Assembly (NCBI GenBank): GCA_963826115.1
Contig: CAWGVS010000005.1
Coordinates: 1,568,001 to 1,632,000, forward strand
Direction: 5' to 3'
DNA: 64,000 bases
Source of the DNA: an uncultured Candidatus Rokubacteria bacterium
Lineage (GTDB): Bacteria; Methylomirabilota; Methylomirabilia; Rokubacteriales; DASRDR01
The notes beneath the pieces are model-generated. The model saw only the letters and a list, made by a program, of their open reading frames with translations, did not search any database and was not told where the DNA came from. The translations under genes and the position numbers were made by a program. Shown here one piece after another: positions 1-9,744 of the stretch (its first letter is position 1; each line of letters starts with the position of its first letter).

Positions 1-1001
1 TCGGGCCGGGCGTCGACGTGCCGGCCCCCGACTACGGCACCGGCCCCCGCGAGATGGCCTGGATCGCCGACACGTACTCCGCGTTCAACCCGGGCCAGAT
101 CGACGCGCTGGCCTGCGTCACCGGGAAGCCGGTGACCCAGGGCGGCGTCTGGGGCCGGGTGGAGGCCACGGGCCGCGGGATCTACTTCGGCCTGCGCGAA
201 GCCTGCGCCGACGCGGCCGACATGAAGGCCCTCGGAGTCTCACCAGGCCTCGAGGGCAAGCGCGTCGTCGTCCAGGGGTTCGGCAACGTCGGCTACCACA
301 GCGCGCGGTTCTGCCAGGAGGGCGGCGCGGTGATCGTGGCGGTCGCGGAGCGCGACGGCACCATCTACCGGCCGGAGGGCCTCGATGTCGAGGCGGCCCA
401 CCGGCACGTCCACGAGAAGGGCTCGATCCTGGGGTTCCCCGGCGCGCGCGACCTCTCGACGGCCGAGGGCCTCGAGCTCGACTGCGATATCCTGATCCCG
501 GCGGCGCTCGAGAACCAGATCACCGTCGCGAACGCCCCGCGGATCCGCGCTCGCATCCTGGCGGAGGGCGCCAACGGGCCGACGACGTTCGACGCCGAGC
601 GCATCCTCCTCGACCGTGGCGTGATGATCATCCCCGACATCTACCTCAACGCCGGCGGGGTCACGGTGTCGTACTTCGAGTGGGTGAAGAACCTCTCGCA
701 CGTCCGGTTCGGCCGGGTGGGCAAGCGCTTCGAGGAGTCGGCGTTCGAGCGGATGCTGCTCGCCGTCGAGAAGGCGACCGGCCGCCAGTTCACGCCGGAC
801 GAGCACCGGCGGATCGCGCACGGCGCCGACGAGATCGACCTCGTCAACTCCGGGCTGGAGGAGACGATGACCGGGGCGTACCGGCAGCTCCGAGAGCTGA
901 TGCGCCAGGACCCCCGGGTCAAGGACCTTCGGACCGCCGCCTTCCTGAACGCGCTCCGGAAGGTGGCGACCAGCTATCTCGAGCTCGGCATCTTCCCGTA
1001 G
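1..1001 (+). CDS. gdhA: Glu/Leu/Phe/Val dehydrogenase (glutamate dehydrogenase), 5'-truncated by window edge
   Basis: Motifs [27 protein letters not shown] (NAD binding), [18 protein letters not shown]; frame is open back to the window start. Confidence 0.93.
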   Translation, partial: GPGVDVPAPDYGTGPREMAWIADTYSAFNPGQIDALACVTGKPVTQGGVWGRVEATGRGIYFGLREACADAADMKALGVSPGLEGKRVVVQGFGNVGYHSARFCQEGGAVIVAVAERDGTIYRPEGLDVEAAHRHVHEKGSILGFPGARDLSTAEGLELDCDILIPAALENQITVANAPRIRARILAEGANGPTTFDAERILLDRGVMIIPDIYLNAGGVTVSYFEWVKNLSHVRFGRVGKRFEESAFERMLLAVEKATGRQFTPDEHRRIAHGADEIDLVNSGLEETMTGAYRQLRELMRQDPRVKDLRTAAFLNALRKVATSYLELGIFP

Positions 1002-1306
1002 CGCGGTCGCTCGGCCGACCGCGCGCCCCGGATGTCCAGGTAGAGGTTGTAGATCGCGATCAGCATCGGAAACAGGTTCGACAGCACCCCGACCGAGTCG
1101 TTCTTGCCGAATGTGAAGTACGCCAAGAGCAGGAGGCTGCCCGCCACGCTCATGTACCAGAACACGCGCGGCACCGTCGGGCGTCCCTCCACGCGCGACG
1201 CGTAGAGCTGGACCAGCCACCGTCCGGTGAACAGGGCGAGCCCGATGTAGCCCACCAGCTTCCAGGGAGTGAGGGTCACGCCGAAGTTCGCGATCACGTC
1301 GTGCAT
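974..1306 (-). CDS. Lipid A biosynthesis N-terminal (LAB_N)-like small membrane protein
   Basis: ATG at 1306; MHDVIANF...[23 protein letters not shown]...[18 protein letters not shown]...DSVG matches the LAB_N pattern; overlaps the convergent gdh 3' end by 28 nt. Confidence 0.8.
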   Translation of the reverse strand: MHDVIANFGVTLTPWKLVGYIGLALFTGRWLVQLYASRVEGRPTVPRVFWYMSVAGSLLLLAYFTFGKNDSVGVLSNLFPMLIAIYNLYLDIRGARSAERPRYGKMPSSR

Positions 1307-1362
1307 TCCCGTCCTGCCCCGTCGAGAGCGCCGGCCCGCGCCCCGGCCCGGAGGGCCGCCGG

Positions 1363-2793
1363 CTACCGGTGCTCGCCGACTCGGTGGAGCTTGAGCAAAT
1401 TGACCGTGCCGCGCACCGCCAGCGGCGCGCCGCCTACGATGACCAGGATGTCGTTGTAGCGCACCGACCGGTCCGCGAGCAGGCTCGCCTCGATGTCCAT
1501 CACCATCTGGTCGATCGAGGTCTGCGACTGGATCAGTCGTGGGATCACACCCCAGTCGAGGGCCAGGCGCCGCCGCACGCGCTCGTTGGGCGTGAACGCG
1601 ACGATCGGCACCGGAGGCCGGTCCTGGGAGATGAGCCGCGCCGTGTAACCCGACTGTGTGAACGCCACGATCGCCCGGGCCTTGAGCTCCTGCGCGGCGA
1701 AGGAGGCGCTGTCCGAGATCGCCTGCGGGAACGAGACCTCGCCCCGGCGCGGGCGATCCATGGTCTGCGGCGAGAACGCCTGCTCGGTCCTCCGGATGAT
1801 GCGGTCCAGGACCTTCACCGCCTCCACGGGGTAGGCGCCGGTCGCCGACTCCGCGGACAGCATCACCGCGTCCGTGCCATCGAGCACCGCATTGGCGACG
1901 TCGGAGACCTCCGCGCGCGTCGGCCGGAGGCTCGAGACCATGGACTCCAGCATCTGGGTGGCCACGATGACGGGGGTCCGCGCGATGCGCGCCCGCCGGA
2001 TGATCTCCTTCTGGGCGATCGGCACCTCCTCGAGGGGCACCTCCACCCCGAGGTCGCCGCGCGCCACCATGACGGCGCCGGTCGCGCTCAGGATCTCGTC
2101 GAGGCGTCCGAGCGCCTCCGGCCGCTCCAGCTTGGCGACGACCTGGACGTCGGAGCGGAACTCGTTGATGACCTCCCGCACCTCCAGGAGGTCCGCCCCC
2201 GACCGCACGAACGACACCCCGACGTAGTCGACGCCGTGGCGCAGGCCGAAGTGGAGGTCCTCGCGGTCCTTCTCGGTCATGATCGGCAGCCGGACTGCGG
2301 TGCGCGGGAGGTTCACGCCCTTGTGGTCCTTGACCATCCCGCCCGTCGTGACGCGGCAGACGACGTCCTCGCCGCGGACGTCCTCGACGTCCAGCGCGAT
2401 CCGGCCGTCGTCGATGAGGACGCGGTCGCCGGTCTTCACGTCTCGGGCGAAGCCGCGGTAGGAGATGCTGGCGCGCTCGGCCGTTCCGGGGACCGTCTCC
2501 GTCGTCAGCACGAACGCATCGCCGCGCCGGAGCGTCGCCGCCCCGCCCCCGGCGAACGTGCCCAGGCGGATCTTGGGACCCTGGAGGTCCTGGAGGATCG
2601 CGATGGGCTTCCCGATCCGCGTCTCGACGGAGCGGATGCGCTCGATCGCCTGGAGGTGCTCGGCGTGGGTCCCGTGGGAGAAGTTCAGGCGGGCCACGTC
2701 CATCCCGGCCCGGGCCATCTGCTCGATGATGCCCTCGGCGAGGGACGCCGGCCCGATCGTGCAGACGATCTTGGCGAGTCGTTCCTGGGCCAC
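1363..2793 (-). CDS. pyk: Pyruvate kinase
   Basis: KIVCTIGPAS, RLNFSHG, DLQGPKIR, MVARGDLGVE, ATQMLESM, DAVMLSAE. Confidence 0.97.
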   Translation of the reverse strand: MAQERLAKIVCTIGPASLAEGIIEQMARAGMDVARLNFSHGTHAEHLQAIERIRSVETRIGKPIAILQDLQGPKIRLGTFAGGGAATLRRGDAFVLTTETVPGTAERASISYRGFARDVKTGDRVLIDDGRIALDVEDVRGEDVVCRVTTGGMVKDHKGVNLPRTAVRLPIMTEKDREDLHFGLRHGVDYVGVSFVRSGADLLEVREVINEFRSDVQVVAKLERPEALGRLDEILSATGAVMVARGDLGVEVPLEEVPIAQKEIIRRARIARTPVIVATQMLESMVSSLRPTRAEVSDVANAVLDGTDAVMLSAESATGAYPVEAVKVLDRIIRRTEQAFSPQTMDRPRRGEVSFPQAISDSASFAAQELKARAIVAFTQSGYTARLISQDRPPVPIVAFTPNERVRRRLALDWGVIPRLIQSQTSIDQMVMDIEASLLADRSVRYNDILVIVGGAPLAVRGTVNLLKLHRVGEHR

Positions 2794-2820
2794 GGTCAGG
2801 CCATCCCCGGGTGCCGCACG

Positions 2821-4056
2821 TCAGAAGGCTCCCTTGTCGAGACTGTAGAAGTTCCCGTAGATCGACTCGCAGGCCTCGCGGAGCCGCCGGCGCTCCGCGT
2901 AGCGTGGGCCGAACCGGTCCAGCGCCTGGCTGCTGGTGTCGGCCCGCGTCCGCCCCTCCATGACCATCTCGCTCAGCCACTCCCCGATGAGCAGCGAGCC
3001 CGCGATCCCGATCGCGTTGCAGCCGGCGGCGACCCACAGGCCGCGGATCGTCGGGACGGCGCCCAGGAGGTAGTTGCCGTCGGGCGTGAAGGTCGGCAGC
3101 CCCGCGCATCCCTTCAGCACCGGCGCGCCGTCGAGCGCGGGGAACGCCCGGGTGAGCCCGCTCGCGAGCTCCTCCAGGACTCCGAGGTCCTTCTCGGTGT
3201 GCTCGATCTCGAACGTGGCGGGCAGATCCGTCATCGAGAACGCCTTGGGCCGCGCCTCGAAGCCCCCGAGCATCAGGCCGCCGACCTCGGGCCGGATGTA
3301 GACGGAAGCGTCGGGCACCCGGACCACCGGGAGGTTCTGGGGCACCTCCGCCATCGGCGCCGTCGTCCAGTGCTGATGACGGAGCGGCACGGTGTCCACG
3401 GCGAGGCCGACCGCGCCCGCCACCCGCTCGACCCAGGGCCCCGCCGCCACCACGACCCGCGAGGTGTCCAGCGGGCCCGCCGGCGTGTCGACGCCGCGCA
3501 CCGCGCCTCGCTCGAGGCGGATCGCGGTGACCGGCCGGTCGGTCTCGAAGGTCACCCCGAGGCGCCGAGCCGCGCGCGCGATCGTCATGGCCAGCGTGTA
3601 CGGCTCGACGTAGCCGTCCCCGGGGATCCACGCCGCCGCCTTGACGCCCCCGGTGTCGAGAAACGGGACGCGGGCGGTTGCCCCCTGGGGCGTGAGGAGC
3701 TCCACCTCGAGGCCCCACCGCCGCGCGTTGGTGACGTGCTCCTCGAGCTCCCGCACCCGCCCGTCGGTCAGCGCGAGCTTGAGGCTCCCGACCTGGCGGA
3801 ACCCGCTCTCCTCGCCGTGCTCGGCGCTCCAGTGCTCCAGCCGGTCGACGACGTGGCGGATGGAGCGGACCATGAGCTCGCTGGATCGCAGCTGCCCGAC
3901 CAGGCCGGCGGCCTGCGGCGTGTTTCCGGAGGCCAGCTCGCGCCGCTCGAGCACGACCACGTCGCGAAGCCCGGCCCGGGCCAAATGGTAGGCGATCGAG
4001 CACCCCCAGATGCCGCCGCCGACCACGACGGCGGCCGCCTCACGCGCGGGACTCAC
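2821..4056 (-). CDS. FAD-dependent oxidoreductase (DAO family; N-terminal half of sarcosine/dimethylglycine dehydrogenase type)
   Basis: VVVGGGIWG FAD motif, TPQAAGL, FTPDGNYLLG; lacks the C-terminal GcvT folate domain. Confidence 0.85.
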   Translation of the reverse strand: MSPAREAAAVVVGGGIWGCSIAYHLARAGLRDVVVLERRELASGNTPQAAGLVGQLRSSELMVRSIRHVVDRLEHWSAEHGEESGFRQVGSLKLALTDGRVRELEEHVTNARRWGLEVELLTPQGATARVPFLDTGGVKAAAWIPGDGYVEPYTLAMTIARAARRLGVTFETDRPVTAIRLERGAVRGVDTPAGPLDTSRVVVAAGPWVERVAGAVGLAVDTVPLRHQHWTTAPMAEVPQNLPVVRVPDASVYIRPEVGGLMLGGFEARPKAFSMTDLPATFEIEHTEKDLGVLEELASGLTRAFPALDGAPVLKGCAGLPTFTPDGNYLLGAVPTIRGLWVAAGCNAIGIAGSLLIGEWLSEMVMEGRTRADTSSQALDRFGPRYAERRRLREACESIYGNFYSLDKGAF

Positions 4057-4104
4057 CGGACCTCGAAGGGGCGCCGGCCCGGCTCGGCGGGCAAGCGGCG
4101 GGAG

Positions 4105-5118
4105 CTACGACGCGGCGGCCGAGGCCGCCTGCTTCTGCCGAGCGATCTCGAGGAGCTCGTGGGGCAACCCGAAGCGGACATCCTCCTCCACCACGCGGAA
4201 CTCCCGCACCGCCGGCGCGCCGCGCGTCCCGAGGTAGTCGACCACCTCGCGCACGAGGAACTCGGGCGTGGACGCGCCGGCCGTCACGCCGATACGCCCG
4301 CAGCCGTCGAGCCACTCCGGCCGGATGTCCCGGACGTCGTTGATCAGCCGCGCGGGCGTTCCCAGCGCCTCCGCCACCTCGCGCAGGCGGTTCGCGTTCG
4401 AGCTGTTCGCCGCGCCGAGCACCAGCACGAGGTCGACGTCGCTGGCGAGCTGCTTGACGGCCGCCTGGCGATTCTGGGTCGCGTAGCAGATGTCGTCGCG
4501 CGCCGGCCCCTGGATGGCGGGGAACCGCCGCCGCAACACCTCGATGACCGCCTTCGTGTCGTCCACCGAGAGCGTCGTCTGCGTGAGGTAAGACACCTTC
4601 TCGGCGTCCTCGACGACCAGCTGCTCGGCTTCCTCGACGGAGTCGATGACCACGATGCGGCGCGGCGCTTCGCCCAGGGTCCCGATCACCTCGTCGTGGT
4701 CCGCGTGGCCGACCAGAACGATGGTGCGGCCCTCCTTCGCGTACCGGATCGCCTCGAGGTGGACCTTCGTGACCAGGGGGCACGTCGCGTCGATGACCCG
4801 GAGGCGCCGGGTAATGGCCGCCGTCCGCACCGCGGGCGACACCCCGTGGGCGCTGAAGATCACGGTGGCGCCCTCCGGCACCTCGTCGAGCTCGTCCACG
4901 AACACGGCGCCCTTCTCCCGCAGCGCCTCCACCACGTGGCGGTTGTGGACGATCTCGCGGCGGACGTAGATCGGCACGCCGACGACCTCGAGCGCCCGCT
5001 CCACGATCTCGATGGCCCGCTCGACCCCCGCGCAGAAGCCTCGCGGGCCCGCCAGGACGATCTCGGCGAGCGGCGCGGCCCCTGGATCGGAGGATGAGTC
5101 GTGACCGTTGGCGCGCAT
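4105..5118 (-). CDS. ispH: 4-hydroxy-3-methylbut-2-enyl diphosphate reductase
   Basis: PRGFCAGVERA, EIVHN, SAHGV, DATCPLV, QTTLS, DICYATQNRQ, TAGASTP. Confidence 0.97.
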   Translation of the reverse strand: MRANGHDSSSDPGAAPLAEIVLAGPRGFCAGVERAIEIVERALEVVGVPIYVRREIVHNRHVVEALREKGAVFVDELDEVPEGATVIFSAHGVSPAVRTAAITRRLRVIDATCPLVTKVHLEAIRYAKEGRTIVLVGHADHDEVIGTLGEAPRRIVVIDSVEEAEQLVVEDAEKVSYLTQTTLSVDDTKAVIEVLRRRFPAIQGPARDDICYATQNRQAAVKQLASDVDLVLVLGAANSSNANRLREVAEALGTPARLINDVRDIRPEWLDGCGRIGVTAGASTPEFLVREVVDYLGTRGAPAVREFRVVEEDVRFGLPHELLEIARQKQAASAAAS

Positions 5119-5126
5119 CGCCCCTC

Positions 5127-5156
5127 AGTATAGGGGGCCGGGGGCGGCCGGCGCAA
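5127..5156 (-). promoter_or_regulatory. sigma70-like promoter for ispH (TTGCGC-N18-TATACT), near-leaderless
   Basis: Minus strand reads ttgcgc-18 nt-tatact, 8 nt before the ATG at 5118; stands out in GC-rich DNA. Confidence 0.6.
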
Positions 5157-5179
5157 GCAACGCCGCCCGCACGCGGGCC

Positions 5180-5785
5180 TCAGCGGAACCGGCGGCTCAC
5201 GCCCAGGTAGAGGGCGCTCGAGTTGATGCCCGTGTTGATGTTGCACAGCGATGCGTTGGAGATGTGCTGGAACCGGTACCCGACGGCCAGCGTCGTCGTG
5301 TCCGACAGGGCCACGAGGACCCCGGGACCGGCCTGGAGGAGAAAGTTCACCGAGCAGTCGGTCTGCGGGAGGCTCGTCTCCCCCGCCAGGATCCCCGCGC
5401 CGACCTCGACGTACGGCCGGACGCGCGACTCCGTCCCGGCGACGATCCACCGCGCGAGCGCCGAGGCCCCGACCACCGTCCCCGACCCCGAATCGCCGTC
5501 GAGGTGCAAGAGCGTCGGCTCGAGCAGGACCGCCAGGTTGCCGCGAAGCCACCCGGGGCCGGCCGGGTCCGTCACGATCCACTCGATGTGCGGCAGGAGC
5601 TGGAGGCTGGCGATGGTGTCGAGCCCGTCCTTCGCCGCGTGGCTGACCGAGACCGCGCCACCCACGCCCACCAGCGTCGCGCCCGCCGAGATCGGGTCGC
5701 CGGCCCACGCCGGGCCCGGCCCCGCGACCGCCGCGGCCAGGAGGCAGCCGACCCACGCCGGGTGCCGTCGGCTCCGGCGCGTCAC
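5180..5785 (-). CDS. pagL: Lipid A 3-O-deacylase PagL-like outer-membrane beta-barrel (acyloxyacyl hydrolase family)
   Basis: Signal peptide, amphipathic beta-strands, GYRFQHISNA catalytic H-x-S motif followed by NTGIN. Confidence 0.75.
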   Translation of the reverse strand: MTRRSRRHPAWVGCLLAAAVAGPGPAWAGDPISAGATLVGVGGAVSVSHAAKDGLDTIASLQLLPHIEWIVTDPAGPGWLRGNLAVLLEPTLLHLDGDSGSGTVVGASALARWIVAGTESRVRPYVEVGAGILAGETSLPQTDCSVNFLLQAGPGVLVALSDTTTLAVGYRFQHISNASLCNINTGINSSALYLGVSRRFR

Positions 5786-5804
5786 CCGGCGGCGATCGAG
5801 GGCG

Positions 5805-6827
5805 TCACGGACGGATCAGGACCTTCAGCGCTTCGCCCCGGCTCATGAGCTCGAGGGCTCGCGGCACGTCGCCGAGCCCCATCTCGTGCGTGACCAGCGG
5901 CGTCGGATCGAGCGTGCCGTCCGCGAGCAGCGCGACCGCGCGGCGAATCAGCTCCGGCGTGTGGTGGAACACCCCGAGGAGGCGGAGCTCCTCGTAGTGG
6001 ACGCGCCGCGTGTCGAGCCGGGCGGTCGTGCCGGGCGCGCACCCGCCGAAGAAGACGACGGTCCCGCCCTTTCCCGCCACGGCCATCGCCTGCTCCCACG
6101 CCTCCGGCCGCCCGGTCGCCTCGATGACGCAGCGCACGTCGCCACCGGCCGCGTCCCGCACCGCGGCCACGGGGTCGGGCGCGCTCGCCACGTCGACGCA
6201 TGCGGCGAACCCGAGCCCGCGGGCGCGCTCGAGGCGGGGCCCCGCCTTGCCGGCAAGGACCACCCGCGCACCCCTGCCACGCGCCAGGAGGCCCAGGAGC
6301 AGCCCGAGCGGCCCGTGCCCCAGGATCGCCACCGTCTCCCCCGCCTCCACCGCGGCCGCGTCGATCGCCCGGAGACAGCACGCGGCGGGCTCGGCGAACG
6401 CGACGCGCGCCGCCTCGACCGACGGCGGCACGCGCACCAGGTTCTCGGCCACCAGGCGCGGCGGGAGCGCGATGTACTCGGCGTAGGCGCCGTTGACGAA
6501 GAGGAGGTCGTCGCAGAGGTTCGGCCGGCCGCGGCGGCAGGCCGGGCACCGGCCGCATGGCGCCGAGTTTGCCGCCACCGCGCGGTCCCCCGGCCGGACG
6601 CCGCCCACGCCCTCCCCGACCGCGGCGACCGTGCCCGCGAACTCGTGGCCGAAGACGGTCGGCACCCGCGGGATCATCACCGGGTGGCCGCGGCGCAGCG
6701 TCTTGACGTCCGTGCCGCAGGTCAGCGCGGCCTCGATCCGCAGCACCACCTCGCCGGGGCCCGGCTCCGGGACGGGCGCGTCCTCGAACCGGAGGTCGCC
6801 GGGTCCGTAGAAGACCTGCGCCCTCAT
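5805..6827 (-). CDS. Zn-dependent alcohol/polyol dehydrogenase (MDR, sorbitol-DH-like) #2
   Basis: ATG 6827 (ATGA overlap with upstream gene); CGTD, GHE, CxxCxxCx7C structural Zn, GHGPLG. Confidence 0.9.
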   Translation of the reverse strand: MRAQVFYGPGDLRFEDAPVPEPGPGEVVLRIEAALTCGTDVKTLRRGHPVMIPRVPTVFGHEFAGTVAAVGEGVGGVRPGDRAVAANSAPCGRCPACRRGRPNLCDDLLFVNGAYAEYIALPPRLVAENLVRVPPSVEAARVAFAEPAACCLRAIDAAAVEAGETVAILGHGPLGLLLGLLARGRGARVVLAGKAGPRLERARGLGFAACVDVASAPDPVAAVRDAAGGDVRCVIEATGRPEAWEQAMAVAGKGGTVVFFGGCAPGTTARLDTRRVHYEELRLLGVFHHTPELIRRAVALLADGTLDPTPLVTHEMGLGDVPRALELMSRGEALKVLIRP

Positions 6828-7831
6828 GCCCCGACCTCGACGAAGACCTTCAAGGCCTCCCGGCGCTCCATGAGCCCGACCGCCTCGGCGAGGCGCTCCA
6901 GCGGCACGCGGTGGGAGCACAGCTCGTCCACGCGGACCGCGCCGCTACGAAGGAGCTCGAAGGCCGCGGCCAGGTCCTCGGGGGACGACGAGTAGGTCGC
7001 GGTCAGCGTCAGCTCGCGCTTGTAGATCTCGCCCAGCGGCAGCGCCGCCTCGCCCTCGCCGACGAAGAGGTGGACCTCGCCGCCGTCCCGCACCCAGCCG
7101 AGCGCGGCCCGCGCGAGCGCGGGCGCCGGCGCCGCGAGCACGACCAGGTCGGCGCCGCGGTCCTCGCTGGGCCCGGCAAGCGCCGCGGCGGCCGCCTCGG
7201 GCGGGACCGTCGCTTCGGCGCCGAGCGACTCGGCCAGCGCACGCCGGGCCGGTAGCGGGTCAACGCCCACGACGCGCGCGCCCTCGAGGCGCGCGAGCTG
7301 GATCAGGAGACAACCCATCGCGCCGAGCCCGGCGACGGCGACGGTGTCCCCCGCCCCGACGGACGCGCGCCGGAGTGCGCGGACGCAACAGCCGAGGGGC
7401 TCGGTGAACGAGGCCACCGTGTCGGACATCCCGTAGGGAACGCGGAACGTCGCGTGGCGGACGTTCTCGGCGGGGACGCGCACGTACTCGGCGAAGCCGC
7501 CGGGGTCGAGGTTCGACGCCTTGAACGCGCGGCACATCGAGACACTGCCGCGCCGGCAGTAGTGACAGGCGCCGCACGGAACGTGGTGGGCCACCACCAG
7601 CCGCTCGCCGGGCCGGAAGGCGACGACGCCGTCACCGACCTCGACCGCGATGCCCACGACCTCGTGCCCGAGGACCGCGGGGTGCGGCGCCGGCGCGCGG
7701 AGCTTCGCGAGGTCGGAGCCGCACAGCCCGCAACCGAGCACCCGGAGCAGGATCTCCCCGGGACCGATCCGGGGCGCCGGGCGGGTCTCGAGCCGGATCT
7801 CCCCCGCCCCGGCGTGGACCGCCGCCCTCAT
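6824..7831 (-). CDS. Zn-dependent alcohol/polyol dehydrogenase (MDR, sorbitol-DH-like) #1
   Basis: ATG 7831 overlaps the hpnD stop; CGSD, GHE, CGACHYCRRGSVSMC, EPLGC, GLGAMG. Confidence 0.9.
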   Translation of the reverse strand: MRAAVHAGAGEIRLETRPAPRIGPGEILLRVLGCGLCGSDLAKLRAPAPHPAVLGHEVVGIAVEVGDGVVAFRPGERLVVAHHVPCGACHYCRRGSVSMCRAFKASNLDPGGFAEYVRVPAENVRHATFRVPYGMSDTVASFTEPLGCCVRALRRASVGAGDTVAVAGLGAMGCLLIQLARLEGARVVGVDPLPARRALAESLGAEATVPPEAAAAALAGPSEDRGADLVVLAAPAPALARAALGWVRDGGEVHLFVGEGEAALPLGEIYKRELTLTATYSSSPEDLAAAFELLRSGAVRVDELCSHRVPLERLAEAVGLMERREALKVFVEVGA

Positions 7832-8676
7832 GTGGCGATCTGGCCGTGCAGGTAGGCGCCGAGGGCGAGCGCGATCTTCTTGGGCGTGGAGACGCGGATG
7901 CGGCCGTCGAAGACCCGAAACTCGCGCGCCTCGATCTCCCGGAGGAGCGACCGGTAAATGCTCCCCATGATCTCCGCGGCGATCAGCCGGCGCCGGTCGG
8001 CCGGCGGGCGCGCCGCCTTGGCGGCGCGATAGTACGCGTGCGCGCGGTCGGCCTGGAAACGCATGAGCCCGAGGAAGGCCGGCGTGTGGCGGCCGCGGTT
8101 CAGCTCCTCCTCCGAGTAGCCGAAGCGCCGGATCTCGTCGAGCGGCAGGTAGATGCGGCCCCGCTCGGCGTCGGTCCGGAGGTCCCGGAGGATGTTCGTG
8201 AGCTGGAGGGCCACGCCCAGGTTCACCGCGTAGTCGCGGGCGCGGGGGTCCGTGTAGCCGAAGATCTCGATGCAACAGAGGCCAACGGCGCCCGCCACCC
8301 GGTAGCAGTACTCGTGAAGCTCCTCGAACGAGGCGTAGCGCCGTTTGTCGATGTCCATTTCCACGCCGTCGAGGATCGCCTCCAGGTGCTGGCGCTGGAC
8401 CGGAAAGGCGCGGACCACCTCGGCCAGGTGCTGGGCGATCGGCTGGGTCGGGCGGCCGTCGTAGGCCCGGCCCAGCTCGAGCCGCCACTCCCCCAGGACC
8501 CGGCGCTGCTCGCTCGGCGTCGCGGCGCCCTGGTCGACCGCGTCGTCCACCGTCCGGCAGAAGGCGTAGAGCGCGTAAATGGCGTGACGCTTCCGTCTCG
8601 GCAGGAACAGGAACGAGTAGTAGAAGTTGGACCCGCTCTTGCGGGTAAGGATGGCGGAGAGGTCAGCCGCGTTCAT
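7828..8676 (-). CDS. hpnD: Presqualene diphosphate synthase (squalene/phytoene synthase family)
   Basis: KSGSNFYYSF, YAFCRTVDDAVD, YCYRVAGAVG, QLTNILRD, GRIYLP; lies in a hopanoid cluster. Confidence 0.88.
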   Translation of the reverse strand: MNAADLSAILTRKSGSNFYYSFLFLPRRKRHAIYALYAFCRTVDDAVDQGAATPSEQRRVLGEWRLELGRAYDGRPTQPIAQHLAEVVRAFPVQRQHLEAILDGVEMDIDKRRYASFEELHEYCYRVAGAVGLCCIEIFGYTDPRARDYAVNLGVALQLTNILRDLRTDAERGRIYLPLDEIRRFGYSEEELNRGRHTPAFLGLMRFQADRAHAYYRAAKAARPPADRRRLIAAEIMGSIYRSLLREIEAREFRVFDGRIRVSTPKKIALALGAYLHGQIAT

Positions 8677-8721
8677 GGCGTGATGCGACGCCGGCTGCGC
8701 GGGCCGCCCCGGCGTCCCCGA

Positions 8722-9730
8722 TTATACACGGCGGCGCCGGGGCGCGTACCCGTTCGCCCAGAACCAGTCGACGGCGTCGCGGAGTGCCTCATCGACCGGC
8801 GTCTGCGGCAGGCCGAGCTCCCGGACGGCCTTGGACGGGTCGAAGAACATCCGCTTCGCGGCCATGCGGACGGCGGTCCGCGCGACGACCGGCTCGCGGC
8901 CGGTGAGGCGCGCGACGAGCTCCGCCCCCGTCGCGATCGCGAGCGCGGCCCCGTGAGGGAGGCGTACGCGGGGGGCGCGCACGCCCGTGTAGGGCTCGAG
9001 CCGCTCGAAGATGGCCCGGAGCCCGAGGTTGCCCTCGGCGTGTCCCAGGATGTACCGCTCCCCCACCCGACCCCGCGCCGCGGCAAGGAGGTGTCCGCGG
9101 GCGACGTCACGGACGTGCACGATGTTGAGGCCCGTGTCGAGGTACGCGAGCATCCGACCCTTCAGGTAGTCGACCAGCATGCGCCCGGTCGGGGTGGGCT
9201 TCCAGTCCCACGGGCCGACAGGCGCCGAGGGGTTCACGATGACGACCGGCACGCCTCGGGCGGCCGCCGCCTCCGCCTCGCGCTCGCCGAGGAACTTCGA
9301 GCGCTTGTAGTCGCCGACCATGTCCTCGAGCTGGACCGGCGTGGCCTCCGTCCCCGGGCGGCCGTCCGGGGGCAGGCCCAGCGTCCCGACGCTCGAGGTG
9401 TACACGATGCGCGCGACGCCGGCGGCGGCGGCCGCCAGGAGCAAGGCGCGCGTGCCGCCCACGTTGACCCGGTAGAGCACGGCGGGATCGGGCGCCCAGA
9501 GACGGTAGTCCGCCGCGACATGGTAGAGAACCTCGACGCCCGCCAGCGGAGCCGTGAGCGAGCGCGGCTCCAAGAGGTCTCCGGTCACGACCTCGACGGG
9601 CAGGCCGGCCAGGGCCCGCCGGTCGCTGCCCGACCCGGGCCAGCACGCGCACCGAGACGCCCTCGTCGACCAGCGCGCGCACCACGTGGCTCCCGACGAA
9701 GCCCGTGCCGCCCGTGACGAGCGCCCGCAT
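8722..9730 (-). pseudogene. hpnA: Hopanoid-associated sugar epimerase/NAD-dependent dehydratase, frameshifted near 9629-9636
   Basis: N-terminal MRALVTGGTGFVGS and C-terminal HVAADYRLW, YKRSK, KPTPTG are in different frames; removing one G restores ...AR(S/V)GSDRRALAGLPVEVVTGDL. May be a sequencing indel. Confidence 0.85.
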
Positions 9731-9744
9731 CGGCGTGGCGGGCG

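Noticed and set aside
974-4003. Apparent giant N-terminal extensions or fusions in the ORF track (also 24380..27577, 46171..48531, 59252..62185)
   Set aside because: Only the 3' portions are protein-like; the rest is off-frame read-through over upstream genes
1369-5097. Very long ORFs such as 1369..5097 + (1242 aa), 25375..28962 + and 50647..53067 +
   Set aside because: Antisense shadows of real genes; Arg/Gly/Pro-rich with no motifs, as expected in high-GC DNA
7828-8676. crtB/carotenoid pathway call, and absence of hpnC/hpnE as a novelty
   Set aside because: No desaturase present and the context is hopanoid; hpnC/hpnE may lie outside the window
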